Source: Rozella allomycis CSF55 (Eukaryota). From it: a stretch of 62,084 bases of DNA. Every line of letters begins with the position of its first letter. The first letter of the stretch is position 1. A program made the translations under genes and the position numbers. The notes under the pieces were generated by a model. It made no database searches. It was given only the letters and a program-made list of their open reading frames with translations, and was not told the DNA's origin. This document shows positions 11,208 through 23,400 of this stretch, piece after piece. The stretch is taken from the NCBI GenBank assembly GCA_000442015.1, contig KE560966.1, positions 1 through 62,084 on the forward strand. The letters are read 5' to 3'.

Positions 11208-12797
11208 TTATTCAACAAAAGGAAGAAGGTTTTCCCAATGAGACAAACACTAAGATAATCAGCATTGCAAATTTCTTACTTTTCTGTTCATCTCTAGTTG
11301 TTTATTAGCCAATTTTCTCATGTATTCTTTTAAATCCCTGTCCTTTATAGCATCAAATAGTCGAAACTCTTTCAATACTTCTTTATTGAATGCTTGAGCA
11401 ATTTCATTTGTTTGGTCAACTGCTTTTTCAAGTTCAGATATTTTAGTTTCCAACTTTTTCAATTTTGTAGCTTTTGCAACTTCTTGATCAACTCCTTTAA
11501 ATTCATCAACTTTCTTTTGAATAAAATGAGAAACTCTATTTGAAGCAGCATTTGGATCACCAGTGCGTTCAATTTTTTCTTTATCTTCAATTGTAGATTT
11601 TAAATAAGAACTTAAATCTTCATGATCTATTTGTCTTTGTTCCCTTGTCTTTAAAGTTAATTTAGCTTGAGAACAATAACAGATCAAGTCTCTTATAATT
11701 CCATTAACTTCAATATCAAATTCTTCCAAAATCTTTCTTGCGTCTTTTCCAACACTATCAAATGTATTTGCAAATTTTATTAAGAATTCAAACATCCCTT
11801 TCTCTAAATGCGCAATGTTTGAAAAACTTGACACAAAGTCATGCATATCTTCAAATAATTCTTTTGTTCTTTTCAATCCAAGTATTTTACCAGTTTGATG
11901 TTTAATTACAGCCATTGAACTTTTATCAAGATTTTTCAAATGATTCTCAAGCTTAATTATCGCCAATTGAATGTTAATAAACCTTTCTAATCAACATAAA
12001 ACCGTTTACTGTTCATCTGGCTTCTGTACTTTTGAAAACACATTGATAAATGCATCACTCAAGTTTTCAAGTATTTTACTGTCCTTTTTGTTACCGTCTA
12101 CATTCAATATATTTATTTACCATTGCATCTTACCAAAAATTCAGCTTGTAAAAATTCTTTCAAATGCTCACTCTTTTGAAGATCTGGATGCAAACCAATA
12201 TGAGATAGAAATCTCTGCAATGAGAACATTCGTCTCTTCACAAATTCCTCGCTAAATCTATCCAAGTAATCTACGTTGTTCAAAACCAACTTTTGTACCC
12301 ATTCTTTGTTTATCAGGCAAAGGTGGAACAATACTGGCTGGAAACTCATTCAANAATGCTGGCTGGAAACTCGTTCAATAGTTTTTGTTGGAGCCAAACA
12401 AAATCACTGAAACGCCTTCTAACCGTCATTGTCGAACTTTTAAACGAACTTAAAATAGTCTTCGTTTTAATTTCTATTGAGCAATTTAAAATACAATACC
12501 ATATGTTGTATATGAATCCTTAATCCCTTCGCCATGTTTTTCAGGATTCCCAATCCATATCGATAAAACATTCTCGTCGCTAAACTTAAAATCATCAGCA
12601 CCATATGATAACGCCTGTGTTGATGATGCTAATCTATGGCTATGGCTCTCTTCTCGTTGTGGCGATTCACTTTCCCCTGAAGTTGCATAAACTGCAATGT
12701 TGTCAGAGCTTTCTGCAAGCGGATTAAACTCTGGCAATGCTCGTGGATTATTTGTAGTGTCCCAATGAACTGACTCAAAAGGTCGTTCTTGATTCAT
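11208..12797 (-). CDS. SNX4: Sorting nexin 4 / Atg24 (PX-BAR)
   Basis: PX motifs VRRFSDFVWL and DRFSEEFVKRR; BAR region with REQRQIDHEDLSSYL. Last exon CLSHWENLLPFVE ends at 11208. Confidence 0.88.
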
Positions 12798-12923
12798 TTC
12801 GTCGATTGTGGCTTGGAATACGAAACAATTTCTAAACATCTAATTAAAAAATCGACTATCTTAAATCTGTTATTTAAAAGCAATAGAAGAGAAATAAAGC
12901 AAAAATTAGTTCGTAAGCATATT

Positions 12924-13682
12924 TTATTGCTTAATGCGATGCCAGATTAAGGAAATTAATTCGATAGCGGATGCTAATAAACCAAACAATGGTACCTTTA
13001 TAATCAGAGCTACAAGGTTTTGATTATAAGTGTTCGTCAATTGAAAAAGATGCTTTTCAAAAGATATAATCAATCCAATTAAGAAGATGTNTGTACCTTT
13101 ATAATCAGAGCTACCAGATTTTGATTGTAAATGTTCACCATTTGAAAAAGATGCTTTTCAAAAGATATAATCAATCCAATTAAGAAGATGTGAAAGTTTA
13201 TGACAGTCTTTTCTTTGGATAAAAACGATTTATCAAAAAAACTTGATTGCTTATCCTTGATCATAAGGTCTGAAAATAATTGATTGTTAGCTGCAATCAG
13301 TTTTCTGACTAACATGTTATCAAATTCAAATGTTCGTTCTAAAACGTATTGATTAGTCTGTTGAACTTGATTCGCCAACTCATTTGTTGTTTCAATATCT
13401 TTAAATGTGTATTTACGCCTTGAGCGCTTAAAATGACATTCGGGACAATATTTTGTACACTCTGGCTATAATCAAAGTAAATAAAGGGCGATACCTTGTA
13501 CCAACCNNNNNNNNNNNNNNNNNNNNNNNNNNNNNNNNNNNNNNNNNNNNNNNNNNNNNNNNNNNNNNNNNNNNNNNNNNNNNNNNNNNNTCATGTTTCT
13601 TGTATTTAAGTAGCTTTGGTGTTGCCGAGATGCAACTTCCAATTAGACAAACTAATAAAAATAGGAATCTTATCATTGACAT
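12924..13682 (-). CDS. Hypothetical secretory/membrane protein (interrupted by gap 13507-13590 and a duplication at N13091)
   Basis: Signal-peptide-like MIRFLFLLVCLIGSCISA. After a 29-nt intron, CTKYCPECH, a helical region and two C-terminal hydrophobic segments. Confidence 0.5.
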
Positions 13683-13729
13683 AAGCCACGCCACGGCCCA
13701 CGGTCTCACGATGGAATTCAGTTACAAAA

Positions 13730-14782
13730 TTACAAATGTAGATTTATTTTTAATTGATCTGTGTTCATGCCAGTGTTTGAGTCATTATGCTCAGATGCAT
13801 TCTGAATATATTCCAATATTTTCCTTTCTACTGGCAATTTAAGGTCCAGCATTGTCAAATGTAGCTCTTCTTCAATTCTTTTCCAATCTTTCTGTGAAAA
13901 TAATTTAAATACAGATTTCGCCAAAACCTGGCTTCTAGATTTTAAGTCTCGTATGGATTGTAGTTCTTCGTTACGTTTTTCAACATGCTTTATTATCCTT
14001 TGACTAGTCATGAATTCCGAAAAAAATATTTCCAAATCCTTTTCTTTGTCTGAAGATATCAAAACATAATCATCGTAGCGTGATTTAAACGATAACGACA
14101 AATCTTTCAGATCATCCATACATGTCCAAACGAACCCCTCTCCTCTGCCTCTCGCATTCATTTGAATACCTAACGGACATTGCTGATATGCTTTAAGAGT
14201 TAAGCTCTTTATTCTACTTAAGGCCTCTGAAGGGTCATTCAAATCTATTTGTAAATCAAACGTAGGAAAATCCAGAGCCGAATAGATTTTGGAATCTCTC
14301 AAAAAATGAGGACGAATTTCTTTTAAATCAATCCACTCATTATGAATCTGAACCCCAAAGACGTACCACATATTTGGTATCTTTTGGACAGCCATTGAAT
14401 TCGAGTCCGGTATGTCTGTGAGGCCGGAACCACACCATTCACCAACAATTCTACAATGATTCTTTCCAGAACGATAATCCAAAATTCCTCCAACCATCTT
14501 TTTAATTCTTCTCATGTGAATGTCGCGTTCAATATACTTTCTAAAACCCCATTTATCTCTTTCCTCTTCGTTAAATGATTTTGTTCTGGATTGGATACAG
14601 TATTCATCTCTACCATGATCAAATAAGATACTCATTTGAACACCATTCATTTTAGGAGTGCCTCGGAAGGTCAATAGTTTCTTTTCTGGAAATCTACTCT
14701 TCAGGATTGGCAGAACTGTATTAATGTCTTTAATCGAAGGAAATTTAAGCAAAGATTTTGATTTATACTTGATTATCGCCAT
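13730..14782 (-). CDS. ATP-dependent RNA ligase, Rnl2-like (RNA_ligase family), intronless
   Basis: Nucleotidyltransferase motifs in order: I FRGTPKMNG, Ia IQSR, III IVGEWCG, IIIa YVFGV, IV GEGFVW, V FKSR. Confidence 0.8.
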   Translation of the reverse strand: MAIIKYKSKSLLKFPSIKDINTVLPILKSRFPEKKLLTFRGTPKMNGVQMSILFDHGRDEYCIQSRTKSFNEEERDKWGFRKYIERDIHMRRIKKMVGGILDYRSGKNHCRIVGEWCGSGLTDIPDSNSMAVQKIPNMWYVFGVQIHNEWIDLKEIRPHFLRDSKIYSALDFPTFDLQIDLNDPSEALSRIKSLTLKAYQQCPLGIQMNARGRGEGFVWTCMDDLKDLSLSFKSRYDDYVLISSDKEKDLEIFFSEFMTSQRIIKHVEKRNEELQSIRDLKSRSQVLAKSVFKLFSQKDWKRIEEELHLTMLDLKLPVERKILEYIQNASEHNDSNTGMNTDQLKINLHL

Positions 14783-14946
14783 ATAAGTTTTGGGGCTTGT
14801 CGGGCAAGTCGCATTTGGTAATCTTCCTGAGAAACAAATAGATTTATTAAGATTTGTAATCTTATCATTAAAGGATAAATTTAGTGTTAAAGTCTAAATA
14901 TTGGGTCAATATAAGGTAGGAAGCGTTAAAGTTTGATTATACTTCA

Positions 14947-16027
14947 ATGACTGTCACTCCATCACCACAGCAAACAGTAATCAACAGTCGAAAAAATTAT
15001 TAGCAACCAGGTGTGGAACATGAAATGAACGTCAAACCTTTACCATTTGTTCCCAGTTATCGGCCAAGCGGAAAATTGCAAGGGAAAAATGCTGTAAGCC
15101 ATTATTGTTGCTTTGTCTCAGTTAATAACAGGCGGAGATTCCGGAATAGGAAGAGCAGTAGCGTTGCATTTCGCAAGGGAAGGAGCGAATGTAGCCATAA
15201 CTTGTATGGAACATGAAAGATTGGATGCAGAAGAGACTATGAAGTTGATCAAGCTTGAACTAAATGATTTTTATAAAGAAATGAACCGTATCGCTACTGA
15301 AAGATTTGACTCGTATCGCCAAAGGAAGGATGAAGTTGCTTGTAACACCTTCCCAGGTCCTCTATCAGAACAGGAATTAACTGAGGCCTCTAAACTTGCA
15401 TATCACCCTGATAAGAGTGTCAAAACAGAAGTTTATGTGACAAATTTCTTAGACTCATCAAGTGTCGAGGAAGTAACAGGAAAATTCTATAAAGATTTTG
15501 GATCCATCGATATTCTAGTGAGCAATGCAGCTGTCCAATATGAAACACATGATCTTTCTGAACTTAATTGGGATAAGATGAATGAGACACTTAAGGTTAA
15601 CATTGCCACCGCCATGTGGTTTTCAAAATGCGCAATTCAATATGTTCCTAAAGGAGGGAACTTTATATTCACGTCATCAATAACTGCGTTCCATGGGCAT
15701 AAAGATCTAATTGATTATGCCGCTACAAAAGGCTCGTTAGTCGCATGGACAAAGTCATTAGCACGCAAATTAGCCAAGAAAGGAATTCGAGTAAATTCAG
15801 TTGCACCGGGTCCTATTTTGACTCCTTTAATTCCTTCTAGCTTTAGTGAAGAACACTTACAGAGTTTTGGAAGCATGGTTCCATTAGGTAAAGCAAAATC
15901 AAAAATTCAAATAGGTCGGTATGGCGAACCAGGAGAATGTGCTCCTTGCTATGTATTTTTGGCTTCAACGGAATCTTCTTACATCACTGGCCAAGTGCTT
16001 CATCCCAATGGAGGGTCTGTTATTTAA
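14947..16027 (+). CDS. Short-chain dehydrogenase/reductase (YdaD/YhdF-like)
   Basis: QPGVEHEM N-terminus, GKLQGKNA-LITGGDSGIGRAVA, NAA, DYAATKG, IRVNSVAPGP and SSYITGQVLHPNGG. Introns present. Confidence 0.92.
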
Positions 16028-16154
16028 GAGCCAAGCTTCAAGCAAGGAAGTAAATAAAGAAATGCTTATTTAATTCTATTTTCAATTAACATCTTTAAAT
16101 ACTATTTTAGAATTTTGTTATTACAAATCTTTTGGACCATGCCACGAACAAAAT

Positions 16155-18048
16155 ATGGTAGAAACTGAAGAAAGACCAAAGGGAATATCACAGATAAAGC
16201 AAGAGTAAAAATATTTTCATAGTTACATTAGATATTTAGTTATTAATTCTGAAGCTGAGAATACTTGCCAGACAACAGTACCAGTCCCAATTTCTAAAAA
16301 GCGAAAAAATGAAGCGTGTAAGGAGTCTTTTAAAGTAATTAAAACAAAAATTATCAATATAGATATGCTTTAACTTTGCTGCTGGCTTGGAATGCTCACA
16401 AGGGTCTGAATGTAAAAACAGTCATGATATAGAAGCTTATTTGGCTCAAAAGGAACCAGATATTAGCGGAGAATGTTTTCTTTACACTACATTTGGAAAG
16501 TAATTACATAATTATTGCGTCAAAGGTGCAATTATGGATATAGGTGTCGTTTTGCCGGTTCTCATTTGGATGTTGAAAAGAGGTTAACGTATTCAGTAAC
16601 TGTTGAGTATATAAATTATAGATGGATGGAAAAATACAGGATAATACAATTAATCAGGTTACTCGAGATCTTCAAACAAAGTTAAGAAAAAGAAAATACA
16701 AATTTGAAAAAAGTCTAGCTGTTTTAAAAGAGATCGCATCATACAAGAATGAAAAATCTTTGAGTCATAAAGAAAAGATCGTGGAAAGTCAAGTCAATCA
16801 AGATAAGGAAAAAGGAAACATTGCCATCGAAAATCACGAGAATACAAAACCACAGGAAAATGTTTCCACCGCTGTTTCTAAGAACTCTAAAACTGAAGAC
16901 GATCAATATGATCGCTTTGATGATCTTTATCTTCGATTGCGACCCGAGGAAAAGAAGAAAGTCGATTTTCGTGAAAAGTTAATCTTGGCACCATTAACTA
17001 CTGTTGGAAATCTTCCTTTCAGAAGAATTTGCAAGGAGTTTGGAGCGGATATTACTATTGGAGAAATGGCTTTGACTGCAAACATTTTGCAAGGGAATAT
17101 GTCTGAGTGGGCTCTATTGAAGCGTCATACTTCTGAAGATGTATTTGGAGTGCAAGTAAGCGTTTTGTTTTCTCTTTTAAAAAGATATGTGGAAGGAGGC
17201 CTGATTCATTGGCGAATTGCGCTGAGATTATTGAGAGAGAATGTCAAGTAGACTTTGTGGACATTAATATGGGATGTCCAATTGACTTGATTTACAATGA
17301 CGGAATGGGGAGTGCGATGCTTTCTAGAATAAGTAGACTTCCTGAAGCGCTTTATGCAACTAATAAAGTATTGGATTGCCCTTTGACTGTGAAAATGCGT
17401 ACAGGTGTCGTTACTGGAAAGAATATCGCCCACAAAGCCATTCCAATGTTCGCCAAATATGGCATATCAGCAGTAACTGTTCATGGCCGATCAAGAGAAC
17501 AAAGATATTTGAAAACAGCTGATTGGGATTACATCAAAGAATGTGTAGATGCAGCTGAGAATAAAATTCCCGTTGTTGGGAATGGTGATATTTTGTCATT
17601 CACAGAGTACAATGAAAAGAAATCTCTAACTGGAGTTTCTTCTGTAATGTTAGCGAGAGGCGCTTTGATTAAGCCTTGGCTATTTACTGAAATAAAGGAG
17701 CAAAGGCATATTGATATATCGTCAACTGAAAGACTTGAAATAATTAAAAAGTATGCAAACTATGGCCTAGAATACTTTGGCTCTGATACAAGAGGCGTTG
17801 AAAGAACACGAACCTTCTTATTGGAGTGGCTTTCATTTCTTCATAGGTATGTTCCAGTCGGTCTTTTAGAAGTCGTTCCACAGTTAATGAATGATAGGCC
17901 ACCTAAATTCAAAGGAAGAAATGAATTGGAAACCTTGATGGCAAGCAATAATCCAAAAGACTGGGTCTCTATCACTGAAATGTTTTTGGGAAAAGTTGCT
18001 GATGATTTCCATTTCGAACCAAAACATAAAGCCAAATCATTTGCATAA
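16155..18048 (+). CDS. DUS3: tRNA-dihydrouridine(47) synthase
   Basis: N-terminal CCCH fingers, [46 protein letters not shown] and FEPKHKA. Confidence 0.96.
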
Positions 18049-18347
18049 TAAACTCTTTGTTCGACTAAATTGAATATCTATTTTGACTTGGTCATATATC
18101 TCCAATAATCACATTACTACCACAACTTTTTCCAAATAAATTATCAATATCATTACCATGATTCACGTGAATTTACTGAAAGTCAGAGTGTAAAATTATA
18201 ATTGCAAGCTGAGTCTTCCTTTAGAAATAGATAAATCAAAGATCATTATCATTGGTTCAAAATACCCAGTTGTGAACCAGTAATATCCCTCTCTAAAAAT
18301 AGTTTTCACTATAAAACAATTCACTCCTCCCCAGCCACCATTCAATC

Positions 18348-19274
18348 ATGGCTTCATACATTTCACAAAGCGATCGCAAAGTACAAATAAAAACCAAGAT
18401 AATATGCACCATAGGTAACAAAACAAAACGACTTTCAAAAGGACCCAAAACGCAATCTGTCGAGATGCTTGGAAAACTGGTTGAAGCTGGCATGAACGTA
18501 ATGCGCATGAATTTTTCTCATGGAACTCATCAAGTAAAAAAATGGTTTGGTTTCACATAGTATCATCAAAAGACTATAGAAAACTTGCGAGTCTGTTTGA
18601 ATCAGATGAAGAACTCTAGGAATGTTGCAATTTTGCTCGACACCAAAGGTATGCTGTGTAGTTTGGGGTTATATAGGACCTGAGATAAGAACTGGGAAAT
18701 TGAAGGATGGAAAGGATGTGAAACTGGTTGCAGGCGACTATTTTACATTTTACACGGATACTCAAGTTGTTGGTGACGAGAATGGCGTTTGCACCAGCTA
18801 TACCGCACTTCCGATGACTGTCGCGCCTGGAGACCGAATCCTTGTTGATGACGGGCTGTTGGGCTTTACAGTTCTTGAATGCCACCCGGACCGCGTGTAT
18901 TGCCAGATCGAGAACAATGGTAATCCAAACTTTTGATTAATATAGGCATGCTCGGTGAAACCAAGGGTGTGAATCTACCCGGCTTGATAGTCGATCTCCC
19001 CGCAATAACTGAAAAAGACCGTGCTGATATTCTCTTTGGAGTTGAACAGGGCGTGGATTTCATTGCTGCTTCATTTATCCGCAAAGCAACAGACGTTTTA
19101 GCAATCCGTAAGCGTACACTTTTGTATTAAAATAGGTGAAATTTTGGGTGATTCCGGGATCAAGATTATCTCAAAGATAGAGAACCAAGAAGGCCTCGAA
19201 AATTTCGACGAAATCTTGCAAGTATCCGATGCAATCATGGTAGCACGCGGCGACTTGGGTGTCGAGATTCCCGT
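18348..19274 (+). CDS. PYK1: Pyruvate kinase (5' part, truncated by gap 19275-19765)
   Basis: [43 protein letters not shown] and [12 protein letters not shown]. Confidence 0.97.
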
Positions 19275-19765
19275 NNNNNNNNNNNNNNNNNNNNNNNNNN
19301 NNNNNNNNNNNNNNNNNNNNNNNNNNNNNNNNNNNNNNNNNNNNNNNNNNNNNNNNNNNNNNNNNNNNNNNNNNNNNNNNNNNNNNNNNNNNNNNNNNNN
19401 NNNNNNNNNNNNNNNNNNNNNNNNNNNNNNNNNNNNNNNNNNNNNNNNNNNNNNNNNNNNNNNNNNNNNNNNNNNNNNNNNNNNNNNNNNNNNNNNNNNN
19501 NNNNNNNNNNNNNNNNNNNNNNNNNNNNNNNNNNNNNNNNNNNNNNNNNNNNNNNNNNNNNNNNNNNNNNNNNNNNNNNNNNNNNNNNNNNNNNNNNNNN
19601 NNNNNNNNNNNNNNNNNNNNNNNNNNNNNNNNNNNNNNNNNNNNNNNNNNNNNNNNNNNNNNNNNNNNNNNNNNNNNNNNNNNNNNNNNNNNNNNNNNNN
19701 NNNNNNNNNNNNNNNNNNNNNNNNNNNNNNNNNNNNNNNNNNNNNNNNNNNNNNNNNNNNNNNNN

Positions 19766-20432
19766 GAAATGAATGGAATGGCAACATTTAACAGATCATT
19801 GGCTAACTGATAATTATTTAGCGAGTAGATTTTGGTATCTTCTATATTGATTGAAATTTGATTAATTGATTGAAGAAAGAGAGTGTTGAATAGATTTAGT
19901 TTATCTGTTTCTTGGATGGCATCGTTCAATATCATTTCTAGTTTGAATGTTTCTATTGGATCTAATAAATGATAAAGATATTCTCTCTTCATTTTACCAA
20001 AACAGAATAACAATAGACTTGAATAGTTTGTTAATAAATTTGATGATTTAATATTGTAGTAGAATGAATGGAATTGTGCATCTAATTTACATTTTCTTAA
20101 AAGNATGGAATGGCAACATTTAACAGATCATTGGCTAACTTATAATTATTTAGCGAGTAGATTTTGGTATCTTCTATATTGATTGAAATTTGATTAATTG
20201 ATTGAAGAAAGAGAGTGTTGAATAGATTTAGTTTATCTGTTTCTTGGATGGCATCGTTCAATATCATTTCTAGTTTGAATGTTTCTATTGGATCTAATAA
20301 ATGATAAAGATATTCTCTCTTCATTTTACCAAAACAGAATAGCAATAAGCTTGAATAGTTTGTTAATAGATTTGATGATTTAATGTTGTAGTAGAATGAA
20401 TGGAATTGTGCATCTAATTTACATTTTCTTAA
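19766..20432. repeat. ~330-bp near-identical direct duplication across N20104 (probable allelic haplotype overlap)
   Basis: 19766-20102 and 20105-20432 are identical apart from scattered substitutions. Confidence 0.85.
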
Positions 20433-23400
20433 AAGAGAATCAATTATCAATTCAATCTTTTTTGGATCTATTTTGGAAATATCTGAATCTATTTCTGAAT
20501 CTATTTGTGAAATTTCTGAATCTAAGAAACAATTATAGAACATTTGAATCAAACTATTTTTAATTTGAGATTTATCAGAGTAGAATAATAATCTATTTGA
20601 AATTAGTGGATGATGTAAAAAGTTGGATTGAACGTAAAGAATGATATCATTTCTTGTTTGAAGGTCTGAATGATCAGCCAAGTATAATGATAACCAAGCT
20701 AATTCAAGACCATTTAATTCTTTTAAGAACAAAGAAGCATTTATGGGATTTATTTGAAGATTTAAATGGAAATAGTTTGAATGAATAAATGATTTGACTA
20801 GAGGGTCCTTAAAACTAGACCAATGATCTTTAAATAGAAGAAATAGATCTATTATAGATTTAGAGGTACTTTTGGGATAATCAATTAAAAAGAATTTAAA
20901 GTTGTAAATAAAATCAAAGGGATAACAATTAAATAGAAATTTTGGAATTGATTTGAAAATTTTGAAATAGATAAAGATTAGAAAAACAAAAGACCAATCT
21001 TTTTCATTTAAATCTTTTTCATTTAAATCTCTTTCACTTAAATCTTTTTCATTTAAATCTTTTTCATTTAATCTTTCTAATAAAAGATCTTCAGCTGAAT
21101 TTAATTGATTTGCTTGAACTAGAATTTTAAATTTGAAGAATAAAACAAACAAATCATCTTTCATTTGATTTAAATAATCAATTTGTTTTTTCCAATCATT
21201 CAATAAAAGACAAAATCTCAACTTTAAAAGCAATCCTTTCTCCAATGTTAAAGTTTTATTAAAGTTACTAGCGATACTTTCACCTACTTCACATGTGTCT
21301 TCAACTACATCTTCACCTTCAACTACCTCTTCACCTTCACCACTCTCACCCTTATCACCTCCCTCTGATAATATACTTTCTAATTCTTTAATGAGAGATT
21401 CTCTATCTAATCTAAACTGTAAAATATCAAAATAGATCATCAACAATTTCTCATTATTCTTATAATAAATAAGACCCTTTTTGATTGAATCTAGAAATGG
21501 ATCTAATTTGATACCAAAAAATTTAATATTTTCAAAAGAACAATTTGGAAGTAATGAAATTGAATAATTAATCCATTCATGTAACGATGAAGAACTATTT
21601 GGTTCATTTAATTCTTTTTTGAAATATCTTGATTGTTCAAATGATTCATTTGATAGTTTATCATAAATTTCATTTGAAAATATTCTAAATGTTTTATTAA
21701 ACGTTAATGATTTATTCAATGAATTTAGATTAGATTTTGATGAATTAGATTTAGAAGAGTTTAACTTGAATGAGTTTGAAGTAATCTTTGAGTGATTGAA
21801 AGGTTTGCACTTTAGATTGGTTGCTTCTTGATCTTCTTCATTGAATGATTTAAATTCTTCTTTATCTCTCTCATTAAATGTTTCATCAGTAGAAATATCA
21901 ATCATTTCAACATTGATAGCTGCTTTGTGATAGAATAGTAAATCAATTGGATCTATAAATTCATTAATCTTTTCACACAATCTTTTAGCCAATTCAATTA
22001 TTGTTACAGCTGGTGAATTAAATGAATTCAACGTTTCAATCAACACATCATGTAAATGATTTGAATTAGTACTAGATATGTCACTACTATCACTCTTTGT
22101 ACTACTTGTACCACCATCACNTTGAAAAAGACTTTAAATGAATAAATGAACACTTCTTATCATTACATTTAGAATCAAATCTACAGATTATTCTATTTGG
22201 ATCTATTTCATATCCATTCAACAATCTCTCAATATACTTTAATCTATTCTTATTCCAAAATCTAGAAATAAACTTGAAATTAGAAAATGATTCAATTGGT
22301 GATTCCCAAAAACATTCACTCTTTTTTATTTCTTCCCTCATCTCTTCTTTAGTCTCCAATTTTATATTTTCTACTTTAAACATTTCAATCAAATTGTGTG
22401 GCTTAAATATTCTATTTTTATCTACAACAATCCCATCAATCTCTTCCAACAACAAATATCTATCATTAAATGTTGAAAGAATTGTTTCTGATTCTGTAAG
22501 GTTAAACTCATCACTTTCATCTTCATCAACTTCATCAGCTATCTCTTCTGATACAATCTCCATCTCTAAACTACCTTCATCATTAGAATCCCCACTTGCA
22601 TTATTCACCATTTCAACATCAACGACTTTAACATTTCCATCAACAACCATTCCATCTTCTTTGTCTTGGATAGCTCTTTCCTTTATATAATCAATTAATG
22701 AATGAATAGCAATTTTTGGATATTTTTTAGAATTTGATTTAGCTTCTAGTATTATAGATTCGATATCCTTTGGTAGATTTATAGTCCCTTTAATCTTCTT
22801 AACTGATGAATTCAACTTATTTTGTTCTCTTTTCACACTCTTCTCTAACATTTTCATTCTTCTTATTAACATTTCTTTTTCAATTTCATTCAACTTTTTA
22901 TTCAAATCAACCATTGGTTGTTCTTCATTCTGTTTCAAACTTTCCACTTCATTCAATTCCACTTCATTCAACTCTACTTCATTCAACTCTATCTCATCTG
23001 ATTCTTTTAAATCATCCATTTCTAGACTCTCTACATCTTCATCATCTACATTCTCAATATCAACATCTTCTTTCACTTCTCCCTCTTCTACTTCATCTCT
23101 TTCTTCTTTATCTTCATCTATTACTTCTACTTCTTCACTCTCTTCACTAAATTCACTCTCAGTCTCCATTTCTTCTCCCAATGACAATTCTTCTTCATAA
23201 GATTTCTTTTCCAATGATTTCTCCATTGCGTTTTTCATTGTATTCAACGCTTTCAATCTCAACTCATTAATCTTGCTCTTATTCCTTTCAACATCCGAAT
23301 CTACAATTTCTCCCTCTTCCCTATCTTCTTCCCTATCTTCTTCTCTATCTTCTTCTCTTTCAACTTCCCTCTCTTCTTCCTTTTCCACTTTTTCTTTTGC

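Noticed and set aside
12098-12133. Possible second GT-TG intron in SNX4
   Set aside because: A canonical 23-nt GT-AG intron restores the same frame, so a non-canonical site is not required.
19098-20013. Long ORFs spanning the N-run
   Set aside because: They are artefacts of translating the 19275-19765 gap.
20996-21070. Tandem repeats (LNEKD x5; also VELNE and REED repeats at ~22945-23360) as a CRISPR-like or satellite array
   Set aside because: There are no spacers; they are in-frame coding slippage repeats in a eukaryotic gene.
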